Positions 8,960 through 18,661 of a DNA stretch of 29,959 nt are shown here, in pieces; position 1 is the first letter of the stretch, and each line of letters begins with the position of its first letter. A model generated the notes under the pieces. That model did not search any database. It was given only the letters and a program-made list of their open reading frames with translations, and was not told the origin of the DNA. The DNA comes from a bacterium (GTDB lineage Bacteria; Oederibacteriota; PGYV01; Palsa-1178). Position numbers and translations under genes: made by a program. The stretch lies in the NCBI GenBank assembly GCA_037138355.1, contig JBAXIL010000019.1, positions 1-29,959 of the forward strand, given 5' to 3'.

Positions 8960-11449
8960 TTATCTAACAACAATATTTAATAATTTGTTTTTAACAAATA
9001 TTTTTTTAACTACTGTCTTCCCCTGTAACCATTCCTGAAGTTTTGGGCTGGCAAATCCTGTCTTTTCAATGTCTTCCTGACTCAAATTCAAAGGAAGCTG
9101 TATCCTATCCCTGATTTTCCCAGAAACCTGAAAAACAAACTCCACAGAATCTTCCACAATCATTTCCTGATCATAATCAGGCCAGTTACAAGTAAATATG
9201 CTTGATTTATTACCAAGCGATTGCCAAAGTTCTTCAGAAAAATGAGGTACAAGTGGTGCCATTAATAATATCATACTTTCTGCTGTAAATTTAAACAATA
9301 TTTTGTCCAGCTCATTATTCATATCAAACTCTAAAGGATTAAACTCATTAAAGAGCTCCATAATAGAAGCCACTGCAGTATTAAACTGTTGTTCTTTACC
9401 TACATCATTTGTCACTTTCTTTATGGTCTGATGGGTTTTGCGAAATAGCTGTTTTTTCTGTGGTGAAAGCATTTCTATGTCTGACATATCGAGTGTCTTT
9501 GACTTCATATTTCTAACACTATCTATATGTGAAGAAATTTTTCTCCACACCCTATTTAAAAATCTAAAAGAGCCATCCACACCATCATCACTCCACTCCA
9601 AATCCATAGGCGGTGGCGAAGCAAATAACATAAATAATCTGGCAGTATCTGCTCCATATTTTTCAATCATATCATCCGGACTCACAGTATTACCTTTTGA
9701 TTTCGACATTTTGGCGCCATTTTTAACTACCATACCCTGTGTCAAAAGCTTTTTAAATGGTTCACTACAAGATATCAATCCTAAATCTCTCAGTACATAA
9801 GTAAAGAATCTTGCATAGATAAGATGCATACAAGCATGCTCAGGTCCGCCTACATACTGATCCACAGGAAGTTCCCTGTCAGCAATAGCTTTATCTATAG
9901 GAAGGTGTGTATTTTTTGAATCGCAATATCTTATAAAATACCAGGAAGAATCTACAAAAGTATCCATGGTATCTGTTTCTCTTTTTGCCGGACCATTACA
10001 TTTAGGACAAGCAACTTGCATAAATGAATGTGATTTTTCAAGTGGATTTCCTTTACCAGTAAACTCCACATCTAAAGGTAGTTTGACTGGCAAGTTTTCA
10101 TCTTTCTCCATAACTATGCCGCATTTATCACAATATATCGCAGGTATTGGAGTCCCCCAATAACGCTGACGAGACAATAACCAATCTTTCAATCTATAAT
10201 TTACTTCAATTTTTCCAAAGTTTTCTTTTTCCATCCAAACAGCTATTTTCTTTCCTGCTTCTATATTATTCATTCCGTCAAAATTTGCAGAATTAACCAG
10301 AGCTCCTTCCTCTTCATATGCTCCTGTCATAGTACTCACTTCAAGTTTATTAGCTTTAGGTTGTATTACCACAATCATAGGTAAATTATATTTTTTAGCA
10401 AACTTAAAATCTCTTTCATCGTGAGTTGGAACCGCCATAATAGCCCCAGTCCCATAATCCATAAGAACATAATTGCCAATCCACACTGGCACCTTTGCTC
10501 CATTAACAGGATTGATAGCAAAAGCGCCTGTGTCTACGCCTTCTTTTTCCATATTGATGAGAGTCATTACTGTAATATCACTCTTTTTAACTTTGTCCTG
10601 AAATGCCTCTATTTCTTTTACTTTATCTGGGCTAACTTCTTTTTTGATTTTCTCCACTAATGGATGCTGAGGCGCCAATACCACATAAGTCGCACCAAAT
10701 ATAGTATCTGGTCTTGTAGTAAATACTGGCAATAGTTCTCCGCTTTTTGCTTCTTTAAAAAATATCCTAATTCCTTCACTTCTGCCAATCCAGTTTTTCT
10801 GCATTAAAGTAACACGATCAGGCCAATCTATTTTGTCGTGTCCATCAAGTAATTCCTGACTATATGCAGTGGTCTTAAAAAACCACTGCGTTAATTCTTT
10901 TTGTTCGACTATGGTCTCGCATCTCCAACATTTGCCATCATGAACCTGTTCATTGGCAAGCACTGTTCCACAATCAGGACACCAGTTGACTGCAGTTGCT
11001 TTTCTATATGCCAATCCTTTTTCATAAAGCCTTTTAAAAAGCCACTGATTCCATTTATAATAATCCTCATTGCAGGTAGCTATCTCCCTATCCCAATCAT
11101 AAGACATTCCTAATTTTTTAAACTGTAGTCGGGCATGGTCAATATTTTTATGAGTCCATTCTGCTGGATGTACATTATTTTTTATGGCAGCATTTTCTGC
11201 AGGTAAACCGAAAGCATCATAGCCCATAGGATGTATTACATCGTAACCTTTCATTCTCATATAGTGAGCTATCACATCTCCTATGGTATATACCCGAACA
11301 TGCCCCATATGGAGATAACCTGACGGATAAGGAAACATTTCCAGCACATAGTATTTAGTGCCTACGCCTGTGGATTTGAATGTTTTATTGGCTTCCCAGA
11401 ATTTATGCCATTTAGTTTCTATTTCTTTATACGGATAATACTCTGCCAT
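8960..11449 (-). CDS. leuS: Leucine--tRNA ligase
   Basis: 829 aa; MFPYPSGYLHMGH, FTTRPDT editing domain, SRQRYWGTPIP, KMSKSKGN. Confidence 0.98.
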   Translation of the reverse strand: MAEYYPYKEIETKWHKFWEANKTFKSTGVGTKYYVLEMFPYPSGYLHMGHVRVYTIGDVIAHYMRMKGYDVIHPMGYDAFGLPAENAAIKNNVHPAEWTHKNIDHARLQFKKLGMSYDWDREIATCNEDYYKWNQWLFKRLYEKGLAYRKATAVNWCPDCGTVLANEQVHDGKCWRCETIVEQKELTQWFFKTTAYSQELLDGHDKIDWPDRVTLMQKNWIGRSEGIRIFFKEAKSGELLPVFTTRPDTIFGATYVVLAPQHPLVEKIKKEVSPDKVKEIEAFQDKVKKSDITVMTLINMEKEGVDTGAFAINPVNGAKVPVWIGNYVLMDYGTGAIMAVPTHDERDFKFAKKYNLPMIVVIQPKANKLEVSTMTGAYEEEGALVNSANFDGMNNIEAGKKIAVWMEKENFGKIEVNYRLKDWLLSRQRYWGTPIPAIYCDKCGIVMEKDENLPVKLPLDVEFTGKGNPLEKSHSFMQVACPKCNGPAKRETDTMDTFVDSSWYFIRYCDSKNTHLPIDKAIADRELPVDQYVGGPEHACMHLIYARFFTYVLRDLGLISCSEPFKKLLTQGMVVKNGAKMSKSKGNTVSPDDMIEKYGADTARLFMLFASPPPMDLEWSDDGVDGSFRFLNRVWRKISSHIDSVRNMKSKTLDMSDIEMLSPQKKQLFRKTHQTIKKVTNDVGKEQQFNTAVASIMELFNEFNPLEFDMNNELDKILFKFTAESMILLMAPLVPHFSEELWQSLGNKSSIFTCNWPDYDQEMIVEDSVEFVFQVSGKIRDRIQLPLNLSQEDIEKTGFASPKLQEWLQGKTVVKKIFVKNKLLNIVVR

Positions 11450-11516
11450 TTAAGTCCTCCAAAAGACAATTACTAATTTTTGTCAGGCAACTTCACGCTC
11501 AAGTCACTTCAAGAAA

Positions 11517-12806
11517 TTAAACCTTTTTATTTATTGTTTCTATTTTTATTCTTGTTATCTTTCTTTCATCTGATTTTACTACTATAAAATTAAAATTCCC
11601 AAATTTAATTACTTCTCCTTGTTTCGGGACATACCCAAACAAAGTAGTAAGAAACCCACTCATAGTATTTATATTTTCATCTTCAGGTATATCAAGCTTT
11701 AATGGGGCTTCGTTTACTTTTGATATTTCTATCATACCTTTAACAAAAAACACTCCGTCACCCAAATCTTCTATCTCTTTTTCTTCCACATCATACTCAT
11801 CGTGTATCTCGCCAACAATCTCTTCAAGAATATCTTCTAAAGATACAAGACCTGCTGTGCCACCAAACTCATCTAACACTATGGCAATATGAAGCTTTCC
11901 TTTTTTAAATTCTTTCAATAAATCCCCTGCATTCTTTGTTTCAGGAATAAAATATGGGACCCTAATAATATCGTGAAAAATAATCAGCTGCCTGTTTTTT
12001 ATCATAGAGAGCATATCTTTTGTATATATGATACCAACTATATTATCAAGCGTATCCTTGTAAACTGGCATTCTGGAATAACCCGCTTCCATAATCGTGT
12101 CTAATATCTTATCCTCATCCCATGTGATATTGACAGCAGTTATAGAAGTTCTCGGAACCATAACCTGTTTTACCTGCATTTCATTAAAGCCCATAATACT
12201 TGTCATCATGGCTTTTTCATGTTCATCTATGTAACCAGCTTCAGCACTAACATTTAAAACCGTGTCCAAATCTTTAGCAGTGATAACAGGGACAGATGAC
12301 GATGCCTTGCCGCCAAAAAGAGTAATAATAAAATTACTAATTTTGAGAAACAGCTCAGTGATTGGTCTGATAATTTTGTATATTCTAACTATTGGTCCTA
12401 TAAGAATCAATCCAAGTTTTTCAGTATTATGTATGGCAAATACTTTAGGCGAAATCTCTCCAAATATTATTATTATTACAGTAATGATAGCAGCCACAAC
12501 CACAGCCACCAAAGATTCATAATCTACAATATTAAAAAAGCGTGAAATGCGCAAAGATAAAAAAGCACCTATAGTAGAAGCCGCTATAGCGACAGTATTT
12601 ATGCAGATTAAAAGCGTAGCAAGAATTTTATTTGGATCAGTAATCCAAACCTTTAGATATTTTGCTTTTGGATGATTGTTTTTTATGTTTGCAGCTATCT
12701 TTATCCTGCTCATCCCAGTTATGGAGGTTTCCGCAAGAGAAAAAATCGCCGCCAAAAAAAACAGAAAAAATAGCGAGATTAGCTGTAGCTGCGTGATAAA
12801 ATCCAT
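11517..12806 (-). CDS. Hemolysin/CNNM family protein (DUF21 + CBS pair + CorC_HlyC), CorC/TlyC-like
   Basis: FSLAETS, FGEISPK, VMVPRT, GYSRMPVY, VLDEFGGTAGLVSLEDILEEIVGEIHDEYD; adjacent to ybeY. Confidence 0.92.
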   Translation of the reverse strand: MDFITQLQLISLFFLFFLAAIFSLAETSITGMSRIKIAANIKNNHPKAKYLKVWITDPNKILATLLICINTVAIAASTIGAFLSLRISRFFNIVDYESLVAVVVAAIITVIIIIFGEISPKVFAIHNTEKLGLILIGPIVRIYKIIRPITELFLKISNFIITLFGGKASSSVPVITAKDLDTVLNVSAEAGYIDEHEKAMMTSIMGFNEMQVKQVMVPRTSITAVNITWDEDKILDTIMEAGYSRMPVYKDTLDNIVGIIYTKDMLSMIKNRQLIIFHDIIRVPYFIPETKNAGDLLKEFKKGKLHIAIVLDEFGGTAGLVSLEDILEEIVGEIHDEYDVEEKEIEDLGDGVFFVKGMIEISKVNEAPLKLDIPEDENINTMSGFLTTLFGYVPKQGEVIKFGNFNFIVVKSDERKITRIKIETINKKV

Positions 12807-13229
12807 TTAATTTTTCTCCATATTTTTTTTCATATATTTTCTTTCTCTTAGCTGCATTTTTATTTTATCACTTGCTTTTATATGATCATAACCAAGTATA
12901 TGCAAAAGTCCGTGAATTAAAAGCCTCTGAAGCTCTTCTTTTAGAGAAACGCCATATTCTCTTGCCTGTTCTTCTGCCTTTTCAACAGATATTACTATAT
13001 CTCCGCCGTTTGCTTCTTCAAAAGATATCACATCCGTTGCTTTATTTAACTGTCTGTATTCCAGATTAATCTTCTTTATATAAACATTATCCGTAAACAT
13101 AAGGTTTATTTCAAGCCCTGTTTTCTTTTCTTGTTTTAATACATTTATTATTATATCACTTGAACCAAATGGCACTTTTAGCTTTTTCTTATATTCTATA
13201 ATAATCTTATTTTCAGAAGGTGTTTTCAT
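12807..13229 (-). CDS. ybeY: rRNA maturation endoribonuclease YbeY
   Basis: LNKATDVISF, GDIVIS, HGLLHILGYDH zinc motif. Start placed at ATG 13229 because the TTG at 13253 overlaps a hairpin. Confidence 0.93.
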   Translation of the reverse strand: MKTPSENKIIIEYKKKLKVPFGSSDIIINVLKQEKKTGLEINLMFTDNVYIKKINLEYRQLNKATDVISFEEANGGDIVISVEKAEEQAREYGVSLKEELQRLLIHGLLHILGYDHIKASDKIKMQLRERKYMKKNMEKN

Positions 13230-13249
13230 AAGGTTTCTACAGACAAACA

Positions 13250-13277
13250 ACAAGGGCCGGACATAGCCGGCCCTTGT
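13250..13277 (-). terminator. Terminator-like hairpin after the LysM gene
   Basis: Minus strand ACAAGGGCCGG-CTATGT-CCGGCCCTTGT then TGTTTG; 11-bp perfect stem, imperfect U tract. Confidence 0.65.
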
Positions 13278-13300
13278 ATTTTATATTTGGAATGCACTAA

Positions 13301-13693
13301 TTAATACTTAAGCGGAAGTGTTTTCCTCGGGGTCTTGTGTAGCTTGTATGGAGGAGTTTCTTTCGCTTGTTGTATAGCAGTTGCTTTTTCTTCATCCGTC
13401 ATATCTTTTTTTACATCAAGCTCCTGTCCGACTTCTATCATATCTGGATCAGTTACTTGGTCTCTATTAGCCTTATATAAAAGCGGCCACTGAAAAGAAT
13501 CTTGATAAATCTTATTCTGTGAGGACACTTTCCAAAGCGTATCACCTTTTCTAACTACATACTTCATACCAGAAACAGCTGGCGTCTGTTGTGCTACTAC
13601 TTCATCTTTTATAATCTGTTTTGAAGCACATCCGAAAGAATAAACTAAAATAAAACTTACTACCGACAACAAAACCACTTTTAATAATTTCAT
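13301..13693 (-). CDS. LysM peptidoglycan-binding lipoprotein
   Basis: Lipobox SFG-C; YVVRKGDTLWKVS...WPLLYKANRDQVTDPDMIEVGQEL. Confidence 0.9.
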   Translation of the reverse strand: MKLLKVVLLSVVSFILVYSFGCASKQIIKDEVVAQQTPAVSGMKYVVRKGDTLWKVSSQNKIYQDSFQWPLLYKANRDQVTDPDMIEVGQELDVKKDMTDEEKATAIQQAKETPPYKLHKTPRKTLPLKY

Positions 13694-13709
13694 TTTTTTC
13701 TCCTTATTT

Positions 13710-14078
13710 TTAAAATTTTTGTGTTATTTGAATTCCTATTTTTTCTGCATTATACTGAACAAACCTTTCTTTTCTGTCAATCGAGACCTTACTGTTTTCT
13801 TTATTTTTCATATTAATATCTTCATTTAATCCAAATATACCTAAAGCCAAACCAAATATAACTCCATACAAAGCGCCACAACCAGCTCCAACAAGAAAAG
13901 TAGTACCGTCTGTTTTACCGCCATCCATATATGAGGGCGTTGACAAAGCGGTTCCTATTGCTGCTCCTACTGATATTCCAAGAAGTGAATCTAATCCTAT
14001 TATTCTTCCTATATCTCCAGCAAAAACTGGAGCTCCACACATTGCCAATATCATTATGATAATAATTGTTTTTTTCAT
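13710..14078 (-). CDS. Secreted glycine-zipper membrane protein, ends in Phe
   Basis: Signal peptide (APVFA); two GxxxG-rich helices; C-terminus IGIQITQKF. Confidence 0.7.
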   Translation of the reverse strand: MKKTIIIIMILAMCGAPVFAGDIGRIIGLDSLLGISVGAAIGTALSTPSYMDGGKTDGTTFLVGAGCGALYGVIFGLALGIFGLNEDINMKNKENSKVSIDRKERFVQYNAEKIGIQITQKF

Positions 14079-14088
14079 ATTACAACCC

Positions 14089-14838
14089 CTAAAATTTTAT
14101 ATTGCAGCTTAGTACAGTGCTGCCATTTAAATTTTGTATGTTCATTGCTTTTAATTTTTCAGTTGTGCCTCTGTACTGTTCAGGAATAAAAGTTTCAACT
14201 ACCCCAAGCACAAGCCCAAGTCCAGCACCAATTGCCACGCCATAACCTATAACTTCTGAAACATTTTCAAGATCATGAGTCTTACCGTAAGAGATAAAAC
14301 CTCCTGCACTCCCCAATAAAATTCCTAATATGGTTCCACCTACTATGTCATATCCAAAATCATCTGATGCTGAGTACCGCTTTGAGTTTGCCTGATATAT
14401 AGACAACGCAGCCCCTAAAGTCATACCTGTAAACATTCCAGCCAAAGTACCAGTGACAAGTGGTTGTGTATTCAAATTCATATTTTTCGAATATCCGATA
14501 AGTCCACAACCTGCTCCTATAAGACCACCTTCAAATAATCCACCAATAATATTCATCGCAGCAAGTGTCCCCATATCAAATACCTTTGGAGTTACTGCTA
14601 CAGGTGCAACTTCTAAAACTGGTTTTACAATATTTTTTTCAACAATGATTTCTTTTGCAACTGGTGCAACTGTTTTATCGTCTTTGTTAATCTTATCCAT
14701 TTTGTCTTGTATTTTTTGTTGAATTTCTGTCATTTTACTTGGAACAACTGTTTCAGTTGCAGTAGTAATAACAGCAGAAAATGCCCCAGAAGCAAAAAAT
14801 AAGGATACAATCATGATAGAAACAAGCGTTTTTTTCAT
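14089..14838 (-). CDS. Secreted glycine-zipper membrane protein with a duplicated hairpin, ends in Phe
   Basis: Signal peptide (SGAFSA), low-complexity linker, two similar GxxxG hairpins (GGLFEGGLIGAGCGLIGY and GGTILGILLGSAGGFISY); C-terminus TVLSCNIKF. Confidence 0.7.
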   Translation of the reverse strand: MKKTLVSIMIVSLFFASGAFSAVITTATETVVPSKMTEIQQKIQDKMDKINKDDKTVAPVAKEIIVEKNIVKPVLEVAPVAVTPKVFDMGTLAAMNIIGGLFEGGLIGAGCGLIGYSKNMNLNTQPLVTGTLAGMFTGMTLGAALSIYQANSKRYSASDDFGYDIVGGTILGILLGSAGGFISYGKTHDLENVSEVIGYGVAIGAGLGLVLGVVETFIPEQYRGTTEKLKAMNIQNLNGSTVLSCNIKF

Positions 14839-14882
14839 ACTTTTTTACTCCCATTTGTCATTTTACCCTAATTTATATACTA

Positions 14883-14910
14883 ATAATAACACAGAATATC
14901 ATTGTGTCAA
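14883..14910 (-). promoter_or_regulatory. sigma70 promoter for the 14838-13301 gene cluster
   Basis: Minus strand TTGACA (14910-14905), 16 nt, TATTAT (14888-14883) with TGn extended -10. Confidence 0.6.
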
Positions 14911-14977
14911 GATATTTCAATAATGCCGCATCAAGGTAATTCTTTGTTACCAAAATTTGTTTATATAAATAAAGGGG

Positions 14978-16741
14978 TTATTGGATATCTATCTTAATAC
15001 TAAGCTCTTTTAGCTGTCTTAATTCAACTTCCGATGGAGCGTTCGAAAGCAAGCACTGTGCTTTCGATGTCTTTGGGAAAGCAATAACATCTCTTATTGA
15101 TTGACTACCAGTTATTATCATTGCCATTCTGTCCAGACCGAAAGCTATACCACCGTGTGGTGGTGCCCCATATTTTAAGGCCTCAAGTAGAAAACCGAAC
15201 TTCATTTCGGCTGCAGCATCATCTATATTCATTAAGTTGAACATCTTTTTTTGTAGCGCTGAATCGTGTATTCTTATGGAACCTCCGCCTATCTCAGTTC
15301 CGTTTAATACCAAGTCATAAGCGCGTGCTTTTACTTTCAATGGATCAATATCAAGCATAGGTATATCTGACTCTTTAGGAGCCGTGAAAGGATGGTGATT
15401 TGCTTCAAATCTTTTTTCATCTGCATTAAAACTCACAAGTGGAAAATCTACTACCCATATAAACTCAAGTTTCTTTTCATCATAGAGAGCATACTTAGAA
15501 CCGACATGAAGCCTTACTCTACTTAGTATGTCATTGACCTTATCTTTTTTATCTGCCATAAAAAATACTATGTCACCTTTTTCTACTGCCATTAAATCTT
15601 TTAATTTGTTTAAGCGATCTTCACTGATGAACTTAACTATAGGTGACTCTGGTTTTTCTGCGAATCTAATCCAAGCCATACCACCTGCGCCTTGTCTTAT
15701 AGCAAAAGCAACAAGATCATCTATATCTTTGCGTGAAAGTTTATCAGCCGAAGCTTTAAAATTCATAGCCTTTACAACTCCACCTGCTTTTACTGTTTCA
15801 CTAAATATTTTAAACTCAGAACCATCAAAAACTTCACTTACCGTTTTCAACTTCATTTCAAAACGGGTATCTGGCTTATCATTGCCATACTCTTCCATGG
15901 CCTGATCATAAGTAATACGAGGAAAAGGATTTGGCAGTTTTACTTTCTGTACATGTTCAAAAACATTACGAATAAAGTTTTCAGAATGACCCATAATGTC
16001 ATCTTCATCTATAAAAGACATTTCAATATCTATCTGTGTGAACTCTGGTTGTCTATCTGCACGCAAATCTTCATCGCGGAAACATTTTACTATCTGATAG
16101 TATCTATCTAAACCAGCGACCATAAGAAGCTGTTTTAACATTTGCGGTGATTGTGGTAGTGCAAAAAACATTCCAGGATTAACTCTGGATGGGACGAGAT
16201 AATCGCGGGCTCCTTCAGGAGTGCTTTTAAAAAGCACTGGTGTTTCCACATCTACAAATTGATTCTCATCAAGATATTTTCTTATTAGTTGTGTAAGAGT
16301 ATGTCTGATAATCATATTGTTTAATATTTTTGGCCTACGAAGATCCAAATATCTATACTTCAATCTTAAATCTTCATTAACTTCCGAACTTTCATCTATA
16401 GGAAAAGGAAGCGGCTGTGCCTGGTTAAACACTTCTATTTCTGAGGCAACTATTTCTATTAATCCTGTTTTTAACCTTGTATTTGTGGTACCGTCTGGCC
16501 TATTTCTCACTTTGCCTTTTATACCAAGAACGAACTCCGACCTTAGCTTATGAGCAATCTCATGTAGTTCTTTATTTATTTCTGGGTCAAAAACCACCTG
16601 CACTTTACCAAACTTATCACGGACATCAAAAAATATAACTCCACCGTGGTCTCTTCTGGTATCCAGCCAACCATTTATAGCAACTTCTTTATCTAAAAGA
16701 GTTTCGGTTACATCTCCACAATAATGTGTTCTTTTTATCAT
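14978..16741 (-). CDS. aspS: Aspartate--tRNA ligase, probably non-discriminating (Asp/Asn)
   Basis: 587 aa; RTHYCG, RRDHGG, STPEGARDYLVPSR, FRDEDLRADRQPEFTQIDIEMSF, GAPPHGGIAFGLDR. Confidence 0.98.
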   Translation of the reverse strand: MIKRTHYCGDVTETLLDKEVAINGWLDTRRDHGGVIFFDVRDKFGKVQVVFDPEINKELHEIAHKLRSEFVLGIKGKVRNRPDGTTNTRLKTGLIEIVASEIEVFNQAQPLPFPIDESSEVNEDLRLKYRYLDLRRPKILNNMIIRHTLTQLIRKYLDENQFVDVETPVLFKSTPEGARDYLVPSRVNPGMFFALPQSPQMLKQLLMVAGLDRYYQIVKCFRDEDLRADRQPEFTQIDIEMSFIDEDDIMGHSENFIRNVFEHVQKVKLPNPFPRITYDQAMEEYGNDKPDTRFEMKLKTVSEVFDGSEFKIFSETVKAGGVVKAMNFKASADKLSRKDIDDLVAFAIRQGAGGMAWIRFAEKPESPIVKFISEDRLNKLKDLMAVEKGDIVFFMADKKDKVNDILSRVRLHVGSKYALYDEKKLEFIWVVDFPLVSFNADEKRFEANHHPFTAPKESDIPMLDIDPLKVKARAYDLVLNGTEIGGGSIRIHDSALQKKMFNLMNIDDAAAEMKFGFLLEALKYGAPPHGGIAFGLDRMAMIITGSQSIRDVIAFPKTSKAQCLLSNAPSEVELRQLKELSIKIDIQ

Positions 16742-16761
16742 TTTTTATCCTCTCAATAATA

Positions 16762-16786
16762 CGGGCCGGATAATTAATCCGGCCCG
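16762..16786. repeat. GC-rich hairpin in the aspS leader
   Basis: CGGGCCGGAT-AATTA-ATCCGGCCCG; 10-bp perfect stem just upstream of the aspS RBS. Confidence 0.75.
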
Positions 16787-16857
16787 CTTTGTTTTATCCT
16801 GTGTGTTTAGTAATTAAAACGCCGCACATACGCGGCCCATATGTGTCGGTTTATAAA

Positions 16858-17376
16858 TTAAAATTGATATTTATATACCATTGCAAAAGTATTATCCATA
16901 TTTCCGTTTAAGAATGATTCCTGCTGAACTTTAAATTCAAGATTGTGTTCGCGGTTGTATGTCTCAGCCGAACTACCTGCCAACACAAGGTCAGCAAACC
17001 ATGTTGCCACAAAAAATATGACTCCCACTGTGAACTTATTTGCTCCTTGTTTTCTTTGGTCAGCTAAATCTCCTCCGCCTCCTACAAACATTCCAGGCGA
17101 AGTGTTCTGCAAATATCCAACACCCATAACTGCGACTGAAGCAATTTCAATCCCAAATAATGTCAAACCCATTTTATAATTTTCACTATAAAACTGTGCC
17201 CAACCGTGTGCCAAAAGCCCTGGGCCTAATGCTATAACTGTTGCGAGAATTGGATCTTTAGGTTCAAGTATAACCTCATCTATAACTGCATCAGATGCTT
17301 CACTTCTTGCAAACATTAATGCAGGTGTAAGAGCCATACATAATATCAATAAAAAACAAATCACTCGTCTTGACAT
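16858..17376 (-). CDS. Secreted membrane protein, TM2/DUF5683/Borrelia P13-like
   Basis: Signal peptide; PKDPILATVIALGPGLLAHGWAQFY motif; further hydrophobic helix ending WFADL; C-terminus FAMVYKYQF; GGAGG RBS. Confidence 0.6.
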   Translation of the reverse strand: MSRRVICFLLILCMALTPALMFARSEASDAVIDEVILEPKDPILATVIALGPGLLAHGWAQFYSENYKMGLTLFGIEIASVAVMGVGYLQNTSPGMFVGGGGDLADQRKQGANKFTVGVIFFVATWFADLVLAGSSAETYNREHNLEFKVQQESFLNGNMDNTFAMVYKYQF

Positions 17377-17443
17377 TCAAAACCTCCTAAAATTAATTGA
17401 GATTACAATTATTTATTATTATTTCATCTTAAAAATTTATAAA

Positions 17444-17893
17444 TTATTTTGCTGAAAAATCGTATGTAACTGTAGCTATTGCCAAAGGATTATTTAACCT
17501 ATAATTTGTAGAATCTAATACAGTTACTGGTGCAACAGTACACCACGGTGAACTTACATATGAATTTGTTATAGTGGCCTTTGTTACATCAGAAGCAGTA
17601 TAAAGGAAACCATTATCATAATGCTCCACTATGCTTATGGTCAAATCTTCAAGAGAATATGCATTGCTTGTAATTCTCCAAGCATCAACTTCAATAGCAC
17701 CTTCATTGTTTCCAAGGTCATAAGTTTCAGTAAAATAGCCTGATCTCGTTGTAGTCCCGCTATCTACTTTCACCTCGGCATACCAAATACCTTGATTGGC
17801 TACTACTACTTTTACAGTCCTTGTTCCCTTACATCCAGCTATAGTGAGTAATATGATAACAGCGATTGATATTAGAAATGTCCTTTTAAACAT
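17444..17893 (-). CDS. Hypothetical lipoprotein
   Basis: Lipobox IAG-C; beta-rich mature part; AGGAGG RBS. Confidence 0.75.
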   Translation of the reverse strand: MFKRTFLISIAVIILLTIAGCKGTRTVKVVVANQGIWYAEVKVDSGTTTRSGYFTETYDLGNNEGAIEVDAWRITSNAYSLEDLTISIVEHYDNGFLYTASDVTKATITNSYVSSPWCTVAPVTVLDSTNYRLNNPLAIATVTYDFSAK

Positions 17894-18082
17894 ACAAAAT
17901 CCTCCTAAAGAATAGATTTATTGAGTATTTAATATATAATCACAGGCAAAGTATTTTGTCAATAAAAAATAGTGCTCTATAAACAAGGATAAAAATCAAA
18001 ACATTATCAAAATTATATCAAAATTTTGAACAAAATGAAGATAAAAAAGTACTTAAGCATAAAACTTGCAGTCAAAATAAAA

Positions 18083-18112
18083 TTGACTATACATATAAAC
18101 AAGGTGTATAAT
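18083..18112 (+). promoter_or_regulatory. sigma70 promoter for the carbonic anhydrase gene
   Basis: TTGACT (18083-18088), 18 nt, TATAAT (18107-18112). Confidence 0.65.
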
Positions 18113-18159
18113 CATTAGAATGATTAAACCTATTAATTAACAAATGGAGTAAAATTATC

Positions 18160-18594
18160 ATGAAATCAAGGTCTAAAAAGAAAGCTCTGACTTTAAATGA
18201 TATCCCCATATCAAAACGGCCAAAATTTGCCACATCAATAGCCTGTATGGATGGACGCATACAATTTCCTATAGTCAAGTTTTTAATGGATCACTATAAT
18301 GTCAGCTATGTTGATATAATAACCGAACCAGGACCTATAAAATATCTAAACGGGAATGTGAACCATGCGGTAGTGGAAACCATAAAAAAAAGGGTTAAAA
18401 TATCAGTACTCTCTCACCTGTCTAAAGTCATTGCCATTTCAGGTCATTTTGATTGCGCTGGTAATCCAGTTGACAAAAAACGGCAGTTGAAACAAATAGA
18501 AGGTTCAGTGAAATTAATTAAAACATGGGGATACAAAGTAAGCATAATTAAACTTTGGGTTGACGAAAACTGGAATGTCAAAATTTTAGCTTAG
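18160..18594 (+). CDS. Putative beta-class-like carbonic anhydrase
   Basis: CMDGRIQ, ITEPGP and GHFDCAGNP give the Cys/Asp/Arg + His-x-x-Cys zinc site; GGAG RBS. Confidence 0.8.
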   Translation: MKSRSKKKALTLNDIPISKRPKFATSIACMDGRIQFPIVKFLMDHYNVSYVDIITEPGPIKYLNGNVNHAVVETIKKRVKISVLSHLSKVIAISGHFDCAGNPVDKKRQLKQIEGSVKLIKTWGYKVSIIKLWVDENWNVKILA

Positions 18595-18661
18595 ATAATA
18601 CCTAAGCAACAAAATTCATTTAATTTTTTCTTATTTTCTTCTGATTACATCTATCAGTACT

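Noticed and set aside
17931..17962. TTGACA upstream of the 17893 lipoprotein (minus strand)
   Set aside because: No convincing -10 hexamer at 16-18 nt spacing, so not called as a promoter.
18087..18278. 63-aa minus-strand ORF
   Set aside because: Antisense to the carbonic anhydrase gene and its promoter; no coding evidence.
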